A DNA stretch of 64,000 nt from Bacteroidales bacterium UBA4893 (GTDB lineage: Bacteria; Bacteroidota; Bacteroidia; Bacteroidales; P3), in contig DHCV01000027.1 of the NCBI GenBank assembly GCA_002399025.1, positions 1,023 to 65,022 on the forward strand. Reading direction: 5' to 3'. Numbering within the stretch: the first letter of the stretch is position 1; each line of letters starts with the position of its first letter. The notes below the pieces were generated by a model. It made no database searches. It was not told the origin of the DNA and saw only the letters and a list, made by a program, of their open reading frames with translations. Below are positions 1-8,298 of the stretch, piece by piece. Both the position numbers and the translations under genes were made by a program.

Positions 1-195
1 TATCGCTTTTTATTCATTTTTGGACATATAAATCACGATTTCTATCACTTTTTATTCATTTTTGAACCAAAAATCACGATTTCCACCACTTTTTATTCAT
101 TTTTGGACATATAAATCACGATTTTTATCACTTTTTCTCTATTTTTGGACTAAAAATTACGATTTCCATCACTTTTTATGAATTTTACTGCTTAG
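1..195. repeat. Tandem array of 41-42 bp units, at least 4.7 copies, cut by the window edge (a degenerate extra unit runs to about 231)
   Basis: Unit starts read at 31, 72, 114 and 155 (AATCACGATTTCnAnCACTTTTTATTCATTTTTGGACATATA-like). Bases 1-30 match the 3' part of the unit at 84-113. Confidence 0.85.
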
Positions 196-285
196 AAATC
201 CAGATTTTTGTTCCTATTACTCTTTTACAGCAAGTTAGACTTGCACAATATTATTATTTGGTTAAGCTAAAAAATCTTATCAATA

Positions 286-314
286 TAAAAAATGCAGAAT
301 TGCAAAAATTCTGC
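286..314 (-). terminator. Rho-independent terminator closing the minus-strand pigment operon
   Basis: 8-bp stem GCAGAATT/AATTCTGC (294-301 and 307-314) with a 5-nt loop. On the minus strand it is followed by a T6 run (A-run 287-292 on plus). Confidence 0.6.
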
Positions 315-598
315 GTTATATGTTTTTCTGTAATATTAAAAAGAAATGGAGGTTGTGAAGAGTTGTATTTGTTAAATAGGGAATTTGCTACACATGAGGG
401 GTGATTGCTCTTCAGGGGGAAGCCTTTTTGCCATGTATGTAAGTGGGCACTAAGCATTCTTGTTTGTATTTTATTTCATGTTAAACAACGTGGCAAATCT
501 AATAGATAATTTCCAAACTACCAAATTATTTAAGCGAAAAATACAAAAATATTTCTATCACTCTGAAAATGATAGATTAAAATTCTTTTAAAAACTAA

Positions 599-1363
599 TC
601 ATTTCTTTCTAATAAGCATAGAGAAATAGCCGTAGAATAGGGCGGCTATGGTTAGGAAGGTGTTTAGTAGGCTTATTCTGACGAAATCTTTTGTGGGGCG
701 AAAATGTGATACTCTTTCTTCAAGGGGTGGGTAGTAAACATTGATGGGTTGCTCTATGAGTTTGATGTTTCTCCATGCAATTCGTACTAAGAGTTCGTAT
801 TCGGCTTCGTATCTGTTGTTGAGGGGTTTCATCCTCTTCATCTTTTTTAGGGGGTAGAGCCTGAAGCCTGTTTGTGTGTCGTTTAGTTTTTTGCCTGTTT
901 GGAGCTTGAACCAGAAATTGGAAAACCTATTGGCAAAGCTGTTCTTATTGGGCATATTGGGGTTATTGAAGCTTCGTTGCCCTATGATGAGTGAGTTGGG
1001 ATTATTGGAATAGGCATTTAGTAAAAGGGGGATGTCTTCTGCCAAGTGTTGTCCGTCTGAATCCATTGTTATGGTTGCGTCAAAGCCTTTTTCTCTTGCT
1101 TTTTGAAATCCTTGCTTTATGGCGTAGCCCTTGCCTTTGTTTTTGGGATAGGTGATAAGGGTTATCTTGTCTCTTATTCCTTCTAATATGTTTTTGGTAT
1201 TATCTGTTGAGCCGTCATTGACCACAATTATATCTTTGCAGTAATTCATTGTTGAACTAACTACCTGCTCAATGGTTTTTTCATTGTTATATGTTGGGAT
1301 AAGGATGCAAATCTTTGTTTTTTGCATTTCTTCCTTAATATGTGCAGGTGTTTCTTTGGTCAT
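599..1363 (-). CDS. Family 2 glycosyltransferase (last gene of the aryl-polyene/flexirubin-type cluster)
   Basis: 254-aa ORF with GT-A motifs ILIPTYNNEKTI, VVNDGSTD and MDSDGQH. Its start overlaps the stop of the upstream gene by 1 nt. Confidence 0.85.
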   Translation of the reverse strand: MTKETPAHIKEEMQKTKICILIPTYNNEKTIEQVVSSTMNYCKDIIVVNDGSTDNTKNILEGIRDKITLITYPKNKGKGYAIKQGFQKAREKGFDATITMDSDGQHLAEDIPLLLNAYSNNPNSLIIGQRSFNNPNMPNKNSFANRFSNFWFKLQTGKKLNDTQTGFRLYPLKKMKRMKPLNNRYEAEYELLVRIAWRNIKLIEQPINVYYPPLEERVSHFRPTKDFVRISLLNTFLTIAALFYGYFSMLIRKK

Positions 1364-1734
1364 TAGAGTTGGGTGGTTAGTTCTAAGTTTAGTTTTGAAT
1401 AGGTGGTTTGATTTGCATAAATAGTTGTTGTGGCGCTGTATTCTTTTTCTTTTGGGGATAAGGAAATATCAAATATTATTTCTTGGTTTGAGTCTGGAAT
1501 TATAACATTCAGGAATTTTACGCTCTTAATGAATTTGATATTGAGGTTTGTTTTGAGTGTTTTGGATGCTAATTCTCTAATGATTTCTATTATGCAGGCT
1601 CCTGGGACGATTGGGTTATTGGGGAAGTGAGATAGGAATATTCTATGCTTTTGGTTAAATGAAAGATAATATTTTATATTCATATCATCTTTGATTTCTA
1701 CCTTGTTTATTGAGTAAAAATTGTCCTTTAACAT
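1363..1734 (-). CDS. Hotdog-fold 3-hydroxyacyl-ACP dehydratase (FabZ/FabA-like, ApeP/ApeI-type)
   Basis: 123-aa ORF with the catalytic-His motif HFPNNPIVPGACIIE typical of FabZ-like dehydratases. It lies in the cluster. Confidence 0.75.
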   Translation of the reverse strand: MLKDNFYSINKVEIKDDMNIKYYLSFNQKHRIFLSHFPNNPIVPGACIIEIIRELASKTLKTNLNIKFIKSVKFLNVIIPDSNQEIIFDISLSPKEKEYSATTTIYANQTTYSKLNLELTTQL

Positions 1735-1736
1735 GT

Positions 1737-2372
1737 TTATTTTATGGTGAAGATTTGTTTGGGGATTGGGCTATTCTTTTTCTTGTCGGAAAATGTAATT
1801 GTGGTTATGTCTCCGTTCTTTTCGTCCATTTGGATTATGTCGGCAAGGTTGGTTTTGGTGTCGATGGTTATGGTTATGGTATTAAACATCGATTTTAATC
1901 TTCTGTTAAGAGGCATCATCTTAACAATTAGCAATCCTTTGTCGTTGGTGTAGAAATCGGAATTGAAGTTTTTGCCTTCCTGAAGTTCCTTTCCACTAAT
2001 AATGCCAATGATAATCTTGCTTATCTCTTGGAACATCTTATTGGAATTGGAATATTCTCCCTGCGAGTTCTTGACTTTTATCTTATCGTTGTTTACAACA
2101 AACATATATTGGGTTGGATGAGTGTTTTCCCATCTCAAAAGATTGGGACTTTCAAAATACATCACCCCTTTTGAAACACTAACTCCACTTAATAGGGAGC
2201 TTTTCTTTTCCTGCTTATAGTTGCATTGGAGCGATTTAACTTCGGAAGATAGTTTCTTAATATAGGTTTCCTTTTCTTTGGCTGATAGTTTCTTCAATCC
2301 TGCTTCCTGTGAGAAAGAAACAAGAGAGCCAAAGATAAATATGCTTAATAGTATTATTCTTTTCATCATCAT
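1737..2372 (-). CDS. LolA-like outer-membrane lipoprotein carrier family protein
   Basis: 211-aa ORF with an N-terminal signal peptide (MMMKRIILLSIFIFGSLVSFSQ). Its size and position match the LolA-like gene standard in aryl-polyene clusters. The family call rests on context and general resemblance only. Confidence 0.6.
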   Translation of the reverse strand: MMMKRIILLSIFIFGSLVSFSQEAGLKKLSAKEKETYIKKLSSEVKSLQCNYKQEKKSSLLSGVSVSKGVMYFESPNLLRWENTHPTQYMFVVNNDKIKVKNSQGEYSNSNKMFQEISKIIIGIISGKELQEGKNFNSDFYTNDKGLLIVKMMPLNRRLKSMFNTITITIDTKTNLADIIQMDEKNGDITTITFSDKKKNSPIPKQIFTIK

Positions 2373-2375
2373 AAT

Positions 2376-2729
2376 CTACTTTACTACAAAAAACACGCCA
2401 ATCATTATTATCAAAACTCCAATCCATCTTGTTAGGGGAATAGGTTCGTGGAAAATAAAGTATGCTGCCGCAAGTCCAATTATATAACTTACGCTCAAAA
2501 GAGGATATGCCAAGCTAAACTGATAGTTTTTCAGGACATACATCCAAGTTAGCATTGCTCCCAAAGCACAAATTCCCGATGCTGCGAACTGCCATGTTGT
2601 GAATACTGTTTTGAAATAGCTTAGACTCCATGAGAATTTACCGAAGCTTTGAACCGATAATTTCAAGAAAGCTTGAGCGGCTACTAAAAGCACACTTTGT
2701 CCTAAGATTAAACCTGCAAGTTTTAGCAT
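2376..2729 (-). CDS. Small integral membrane protein (about 4 TM, EamA/SMR-like), function unknown
   Basis: 117-aa ORF that is almost entirely hydrophobic helices. It is tightly packed between cluster genes and overlaps the upstream stop by 7 nt. Confidence 0.6.
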   Translation of the reverse strand: MLKLAGLILGQSVLLVAAQAFLKLSVQSFGKFSWSLSYFKTVFTTWQFAASGICALGAMLTWMYVLKNYQFSLAYPLLSVSYIIGLAAAYFIFHEPIPLTRWIGVLIIMIGVFFVVK

Positions 2730-3784
2730 TTTGATAAGAGTATGAATGAATGTTCGCTGTTTTGGAAATGATTATAGATCAATATATGTTTGGGATTTAG
2801 GATTTCCTTTGGGGAATCAAATACCAAATGTTTAGGGATAATATTTTTCTTTAAGCATGTTGCTCCAATATAAAACCCTAACCCACTCATTGAGAAACTC
2901 TCTCCAAACAAATGCTTATACCAGACAAAAGGAATATCATTAAAGAGATTTTCCTTAGTCTTGGAATAAACCTCATCATTTTCCTTATCTCCACTATGAC
3001 CAACAAGAACAGCATCAATATCCGACAAGGTTAGATTATTCTCTTCCAAAAGTCTTTTGAGGGTTTCTTCCAACTTTTCTTTTGTTGGCTTATGCAGAAT
3101 ATTCATCCCAGCCAATGAACATATTGAATCCTCATTCTTTTCATTGCTAAGGAAAGAACTTACAGCAACCTCTCCAGAGAACGACCCCAAAGTTTCAGAT
3201 TTCCTTAGGGTTTCCACACAAATATCGCCTTTTTTCCAATAGCCTATCTTATCATACAAGGTAAACATATCCTTAGTCATTTCGTCGTGAGCTCCAACCA
3301 AGGCATTAGTTATCTTATTCAGCTTAAATTGTAAAAAGGCATCAAACAAAGCACTCTCAAACGAAATTCCGCGATGAACATAGGTTGAATTATAGTTATT
3401 ACATTTTAGTTCCAAAGCTATTTGAGAGCTAATTGTGTTGTGAGTTGATTGTATAAAATAGGTTGGAGTGAGAAGGGTTTCGTTGTTTTCCAGCATTGAA
3501 TAAAGAAACTTTTCTGTGTTTTCAATACATCCCAAACCAGTTGCAGTTATTATTGCGTCAATCTCGTTTCCCTTTCTTCCTTGCAAAACATTAAGTGAGG
3601 TTGTTACTGCACGCTTTAATATCCTGCCCATACGTCTTGAAGACATTGGGTTAATGTATTGCTTATAGTTTGGTTCTATTGAGGAAACATATCTCTGTCT
3701 ATGATAAATAGGGCTCTCAAACCAATTATCACAAAGAGGCTCTTGAATGGAAATTTGAGATATGGATTGAATATATATAGCCAT
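2723..3784 (-). CDS. Beta-ketoacyl synthase-like protein lacking the Cys-His-His triad (chain-length-factor-type partner subunit)
   Basis: 353-aa ORF directly downstream of a true KS (2-nt gap). It is thiolase-like in length but has no TACSS/AHGTGT/GHT motifs. Confidence 0.65.
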   Translation of the reverse strand: MAIYIQSISQISIQEPLCDNWFESPIYHRQRYVSSIEPNYKQYINPMSSRRMGRILKRAVTTSLNVLQGRKGNEIDAIITATGLGCIENTEKFLYSMLENNETLLTPTYFIQSTHNTISSQIALELKCNNYNSTYVHRGISFESALFDAFLQFKLNKITNALVGAHDEMTKDMFTLYDKIGYWKKGDICVETLRKSETLGSFSGEVAVSSFLSNEKNEDSICSLAGMNILHKPTKEKLEETLKRLLEENNLTLSDIDAVLVGHSGDKENDEVYSKTKENLFNDIPFVWYKHLFGESFSMSGLGFYIGATCLKKNIIPKHLVFDSPKEILNPKHILIYNHFQNSEHSFILLSKC

Positions 3785-3785
3785 C

Positions 3786-4988
3786 TTAGATTATCTTTGA
3801 GAATATGCAAGAAGAGTCGTTTCCGCCAAAGCCAAAGGAGTTTGTCATTATATGTTTGATGTTTGGCAATTGAATTGTTCTTTGAGCAGGGACCAAATCA
3901 ACATCTTCCATTGGAGTTTTGAAATTGAGGTTGGCAGGAATAAAATTATTCTTAAGTGCAAGAATGGATATTACTGACTCAACTGAACCAGCAGCACTTG
4001 TTGTGTGTCCTGTGAAGGATTTGGTTGAGGAAACATAGGGTGGATTTTCTCCAAAGACCCTCTTAATCGCTGAGGCTTCACTCGAATCATTATTATCTGT
4101 TCCTGTCCCATGAGCATTAATATAGTCAATATCTTCTGCTGAAAGCCCACTATCTTCCAATGCTCTTTTCATTGACAGAAAAGCACCCTGACCATCGGGT
4201 GAAGAAGCCGTTTGATGAAAAGCATCACAAGTATTTGCATATCCGCTAAGCTTACAAATTGGCTCAACTCCCCTTTCCTTTGCCGATTCCATTCCCTCCA
4301 AAACAATATATGCAGCACCCTCACCCAAGTTCAGCCCTTGACGGTTCTTGTCAAAAGGTTTGCAAGCCTCCTTATCCAAAATCATAAGAGTGTTGAACCC
4401 ATTGAGATGAAACTTACTCAAACATTCAGTTCCTCCCACCACTGCAATATCAACATATCCTGCCTTAATTAGGTTTGCACCAAGAATAATTGCATTGGCA
4501 GCCGAAGAACAAGCTGTGGAAATTGTTGTTATGAAATCAAACCCTCCAAAATAATCCGCAATATCCTGAGTTGAGGCAGCACAATCGTGAAGAGAAATAT
4601 ACTCATCCTTAGAATTATTCTGGAAAAACTCCAAATAGAACTCCTCGTTCTTCTCCATTCCACCAACAGTTGTCCCACTTATGAAAGCAATCCTTTTGGG
4701 AGTATCCTTATCTATCTTGGCTTGCTCCAAAGCCTCTCTTAGGGCAAGCATTCCAAGAAGGGTTGTTCTGGTTAGAGGATTTTGGGGATTATAATTTAAC
4801 AAAGAAAGCATATCTTTGTCGCTCAATCTTACTTCGCTGACCGGAAGCGAAGAATGAATGGTGTTCAAGTGTTTCAATTCCCCAATGGCTGAGTTCTGAT
4901 TAATCAAGGATTGAAGAGTTTCATCCTTTCCCAATCCCAAACCAGTGAGAATACCCATTGCCGTAACAAGAATATCGTTCAAAGCCAA
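3786..4988 (-). CDS. Beta-ketoacyl-ACP synthase (FabF-like KS)
   Basis: 400-aa ORF with the active-site Cys motif TISTACSSAANAI, His motifs INAHGTGT and GHTTSAAG, and C-terminal SFGFGGNDSS. Confidence 0.9.
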   Translation of the reverse strand: MALNDILVTAMGILTGLGLGKDETLQSLINQNSAIGELKHLNTIHSSLPVSEVRLSDKDMLSLLNYNPQNPLTRTTLLGMLALREALEQAKIDKDTPKRIAFISGTTVGGMEKNEEFYLEFFQNNSKDEYISLHDCAASTQDIADYFGGFDFITTISTACSSAANAIILGANLIKAGYVDIAVVGGTECLSKFHLNGFNTLMILDKEACKPFDKNRQGLNLGEGAAYIVLEGMESAKERGVEPICKLSGYANTCDAFHQTASSPDGQGAFLSMKRALEDSGLSAEDIDYINAHGTGTDNNDSSEASAIKRVFGENPPYVSSTKSFTGHTTSAAGSVESVISILALKNNFIPANLNFKTPMEDVDLVPAQRTIQLPNIKHIMTNSFGFGGNDSSCIFSKII

Positions 4989-4991
4989 AAC

Positions 4992-5249
4992 CTATTTCTT
5001 TCTGTTGTTCTTAATGTACTCTGCCATTACGCTAACACTCTTGAAAATCTCCTTTCCCTGAGCAGCATTTTCTAATTTAATGCCGTAGTTCTTTTCGAGC
5101 AAAACAATAAGCTCTAAGGCATCAATAGAATCCAAGCCCAAACCTTCACCAAACAAAGGAGCATTGCTGTCAATATCCTCAGGAGTTATTTCTTCAAGAT
5201 TTAAAACTTCAATAATCTCTTTTTTAAGCTCTAATATTAAATCTTCCAT
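4992..5249 (-). CDS. Acyl carrier protein
   Basis: 85-aa ORF with the phosphopantetheine attachment motif LGLDSIDALEL. Confidence 0.9.
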   Translation of the reverse strand: MEDLILELKKEIIEVLNLEEITPEDIDSNAPLFGEGLGLDSIDALELIVLLEKNYGIKLENAAQGKEIFKSVSVMAEYIKNNRKK

Positions 5250-5327
5250 ATAATTAAATAAGTTTTTTATTTGTATAACTTGATAATATGTCCGAACCGA
5301 TAGTAATTACTACCTAATTCTCAATTA

Positions 5328-5335
5328 CAAAATTA
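5328..5335 (-). promoter_or_regulatory. Candidate Bacteroidota -7 box (TAATTTTG on the minus strand): possible internal promoter for the distal half of the cluster
   Basis: CAAAATTA on plus matches the reverse complement of TAnnTTTG, 79 nt upstream of the ACP ATG at 5249. Confidence 0.35.
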
Positions 5336-5471
5336 CAAAATAATTCTCAATAACCTAAATAAAGAGTTTTTTTGTTAAGTCAAACACAGATTATTCATAC
5401 ATTAAGCAAGGATTTTTCACTCAAATAATAAATCATTGTATAAGGTATTTGAAATTATCCCCTATATAAAT

Positions 5472-5662
5472 TTATTTTTCTCTGAGATAGTTATTTTTTT
5501 CTCTGAGATAATTTGAAATAAGTCCCGTTTATTTTTGTCTAAGCTTAGTTTATTTTTTTAGAATCAAGTTTTAATTTATTAGAATCAAGTTTTAATTTAT
5601 TAGAATCAAGTTTTAATTTATTAGAATCAAGTTTTAATTTATTAGAATTTGATTCTAATAAA
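5472..5662. repeat. 21-bp-period tandem array: degenerate units 5472-5558, then four perfect copies of TAGAATCAAGTTTTAATTTAT (5559-5642), ending in a hairpin at 5638-5662
   Basis: Perfect unit starts at 5559, 5580, 5601 and 5622. The terminal inverted repeat TTTATTAGAAT/ATTCTAATAAA encloses the stop codon of the 5655 gene. Confidence 0.9.
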
Positions 5663-6308
5663 TGGTCTTTATATTCTCTATATTGAAATTATTAACCTTA
5701 GTGTTCTTCTTAAGGGCAAACATCAATACATCAATATTATTATCTCCGTCTTCAACCCAACCACATAGCAAATTCTCTATGGAATCGTTGGAAAGTGCAT
5801 CTATGGAATATTGATAGAGGTGGTGTGGTGAGAAATCTTTGTGGACAAAGAAAAGTGTTTCGCCCATTATCTTGTTTCTTATGGCTATTTCGCCTGTAAC
5901 TATGTTTGCCAAGGTGTAAACAAAGACTGATGGGGAAGGAAAATAGTTATTGGTGTCTTGTATGGTTTGTTGATAGTTCTTGTCGGTTTCCAATGAGGAA
6001 GAGCTGTTCATAGATATGATTGACCATTTGGGTTTTGGTTCCAAAGGGTCAATATTAAGGCTTCGCATTATTATTTCGGAGGCAAGAAATCCTGCCTTTG
6101 AGAGTGTGTCCATCTTAAAATACTTCGGATAGTCTATCTTTTGGCTTTTGTATATGTTGGTTAGCCAAGATGTGTTTTCTCTTAATGGTATTTCCAACTC
6201 TTCTCCATTAAGCAAAACCTTTGTATTGGTTATCCTGCACCACGATTTTATTTCAATATTTATCATATCCCGATTTTTCAAACATAATTGCTGCATTGCT
6301 TCCTCCAA
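5655..6308 (-). CDS. Small KS-associated protein (ApeC-like chain-length-factor-type partner)
   Basis: 217-aa ORF. The likely true start is the ATG at 6266 (MINIEIKSW), which overlaps the upstream KS stop by 14 nt (ATGATAAATATTGA). The motif PSPSVFVYTLANIVTGEIAI resembles the small KS-like subunits of aryl-polyene clusters, recognised from memory. Confidence 0.55.
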   Translation of the reverse strand: MEEAMQQLCLKNRDMINIEIKSWCRITNTKVLLNGEELEIPLRENTSWLTNIYKSQKIDYPKYFKMDTLSKAGFLASEIIMRSLNIDPLEPKPKWSIISMNSSSSLETDKNYQQTIQDTNNYFPSPSVFVYTLANIVTGEIAIRNKIMGETLFFVHKDFSPHHLYQYSIDALSNDSIENLLCGWVEDGDNNIDVLMFALKKNTKVNNFNIENIKTIY

Positions 6309-7413
6309 ATCCTGAGATTAGTTTTATGAAGGCTGGCTTTTTACTTTCCTTATTTGAAACATTTACAATTATTGATTTCTCAACTCCATAGTTTTGGTGG
6401 TTTAGGGTCTTGATTATGGTGTTATCAATAAGGCTATGGAATGAGATTATGGTTTCTAATATTCCTGCAGCTCCTAATGTGTGTCCAAGATATGGCTTAA
6501 GGCTATTTACTGGAATATTATTTATTCCTCCTCTTTCAATTGCGAAGGATTCCATACTATCGTTGTATGGAGTGGAGGTTGCATGGGCATTAATAAAGGA
6601 TAGTTTACTTGTATCGTATCCTTTTATTGTTTCACTTATTGCATTGAAAAGTCCTTCTCCTGTTCGTGAGGGTCCTGAAATATGGTTTGCGTCATTACGT
6701 ACTGTACCACTAATAAATTCTATTCTCTCCTTTGGCAAAACCTCATCATTATCGGCAAGCTTATATACTATTGATGATGCTCCTTCTCCAAGATTTAGCC
6801 CATCCCTATCCCTGTCAAATGGTTTGCACATCTGCATTGAAAGAGCCTTAAAGGACTGGAAGCCCGAGATTATGAACTTTGACAATACTTCTGCTCCAAC
6901 AACTATAGCATATTTGAAATTATGATTATTAAGAAGGTTGAAAGCGGTCAATTGTGCTGCCACTCCCGATATGCAGGCATTGGTTACAACTATTGGTTGG
7001 TTTGGATTATGGAAATAGTTCTTTATGACCTGTGCAGATTTCCAAAGGTATACCCTTTCTTTCTCAAATTCTTTATTCTCTTCCAAGAGTTCTACGTTTC
7101 CTTTGGTTGTTGAGAATACAAAAATTACATCATTTGAGGAAGGATTAATATTGGAAAGGTTTATTGCATCGGAGCAAGAGAGTATGGAAAGCTTTTCTAA
7201 CTTAGTGTATTTCTCATTTGTGGTTTTGGGAAGTGAGGAAAACCTATCGTTTATCTCTTCTTCATCAATAAGTGATGCAAAGAAAGGCTCCGGAAGATTA
7301 AACCTATTTTCGTATAGTTTTAATCCTGAATTACCATTCTTTATTTGAGAATAGTTATCCTTGGAATTAAATCCCAAAGTAGAGATAATATTGTCGCTTA
7401 ATCTGTAAATCAT
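6253..7413 (-). CDS. Beta-ketoacyl synthase (ApeO-like KS)
   Basis: 386-aa ORF with the Cys motif VTNACISGVAAQ, His motifs INAHATST and GHTLGAAG, and C-terminal SGFGGSNAA. Confidence 0.88.
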   Translation of the reverse strand: MIYRLSDNIISTLGFNSKDNYSQIKNGNSGLKLYENRFNLPEPFFASLIDEEEINDRFSSLPKTTNEKYTKLEKLSILSCSDAINLSNINPSSNDVIFVFSTTKGNVELLEENKEFEKERVYLWKSAQVIKNYFHNPNQPIVVTNACISGVAAQLTAFNLLNNHNFKYAIVVGAEVLSKFIISGFQSFKALSMQMCKPFDRDRDGLNLGEGASSIVYKLADNDEVLPKERIEFISGTVRNDANHISGPSRTGEGLFNAISETIKGYDTSKLSFINAHATSTPYNDSMESFAIERGGINNIPVNSLKPYLGHTLGAAGILETIISFHSLIDNTIIKTLNHQNYGVEKSIIVNVSNKESKKPAFIKLISGFGGSNAAIMFEKSGYDKY

Positions 7414-7862
7414 ATTAGATTATTCATCTTTTTCCATTCCAAAAAGAAATCCGGAATTGACCAAACCAAATTATAATCCTTATCAAGAAAGACTTGAATT
7501 GTATGTGCTGTTGCCAAAACCTCTTCGGTTTCCAAGTCAAGAATCTTATAGTCAAAAATGATTTTGGCAGCTTCGATGTTTCGGTAGGTGATTTGGATTT
7601 TAGCTTTATCCTTATACTTTAATGGACGTTTATAATTTAGTTTCATCTCAACCAATGGAGCATAGAATCCCTTTCCAAACATATAGAGATATTCCAAATT
7701 ATATTTTCTCCCAAAGGCTTCACGAGCATCTTCCAAGTAAAGAGCATAGGAACCATGCCAAACAATATTCATTGAATCTACTTCGCTAAAACGAATTTCA
7801 ATCTCTTTCTCTGTCTGCAATACTATTTCTTGATTCTCCATTTTTATTTTAATTTGTTTCAA
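7410..7862 (-). CDS. 4HBT/YbgC-type hotdog acyl thioesterase
   Basis: 150-aa ORF. EIRFSEVDSMNIVWHGSYALYLEDAREAF matches the YbgC/4HBT thioesterase N-terminal signature. Confidence 0.75.
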   Translation of the reverse strand: MKQIKIKMENQEIVLQTEKEIEIRFSEVDSMNIVWHGSYALYLEDAREAFGRKYNLEYLYMFGKGFYAPLVEMKLNYKRPLKYKDKAKIQITYRNIEAAKIIFDYKILDLETEEVLATAHTIQVFLDKDYNLVWSIPDFFLEWKKMNNLI

Positions 7863-8280
7863 TATCTGTCAATGCCACCTTCATTTCACATTCTGCAATT
7901 AGTTCTCCCTTACACTCAACCTTTGCATTGAGGATAGTCATATTAAAATATCCACTCATTGTTTCCTCAACAGTTGTATCCAAAACATCTCCAACATTAA
8001 GCAGTTTATTAATGCTAAGATTCTTTATAGAGGCTATCATCCCTATCTTTACCTTTTCTTTTTGGAAATGAGTATTTATATAACCTATCCTTGTGGCACA
8101 GGTTTGAGCAATATTTTCTACAATTCCAGCCTCAATAAACTTCCCTTCCCTCACAAAGATATTATCTTCTTCAATAACAAAATTCGTTTTGCAAATCTTA
8201 TCATCGCAAAACAATAAGTCGTCAACCATTACAAAGGGAGGCTTTTGAGGAATATAAATATGAGCTTTTTCTTTTTGCAT
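7849..8280 (-). CDS. Hotdog-fold dehydratase-like protein (second DH subunit of the cluster)
   Basis: 143-aa ORF. The N-terminal YIPQKPPFVMVDDLL is typical of the FabZ-like proteins of aryl-polyene clusters. It overlaps its neighbour by 14 nt. Confidence 0.65.
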   Translation of the reverse strand: MQKEKAHIYIPQKPPFVMVDDLLFCDDKICKTNFVIEEDNIFVREGKFIEAGIVENIAQTCATRIGYINTHFQKEKVKIGMIASIKNLSINKLLNVGDVLDTTVEETMSGYFNMTILNAKVECKGELIAECEMKVALTDIETN

Positions 8281-8298
8281 AATTAACTTGTATTGTAT

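Noticed and set aside
254-457. 67-aa minus-strand ORF downstream of the glycosyltransferase
   Set aside because: It has no recognisable motifs and its composition is odd for a protein. It also runs through the terminator hairpin at 286-314. I treat the region as non-coding and as a candidate RNA instead.
5472-5662. Possibility that the tandem arrays (this one and its relatives) are CRISPR arrays
   Set aside because: The units are contiguous with no unique spacers between them. The period is 21-22 bp rather than repeat plus spacer of about 60-70 bp, and there are no cas genes in the window.
6410-6925. 171-aa plus-strand ORF, and many similar 60-130-aa ORFs in the track (for example 1430-1630, 7025-7348, 11454-11786, 14723-15037, 32747-33094, 33110-33418, 38508-38816, 42407-42796, 47011-47313, 49432-49749)
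   Set aside because: All lie antisense to, or out of frame within, long ORFs that carry clear family motifs. They have low-complexity or hydrophobic shadow-ORF composition and no motifs of their own.
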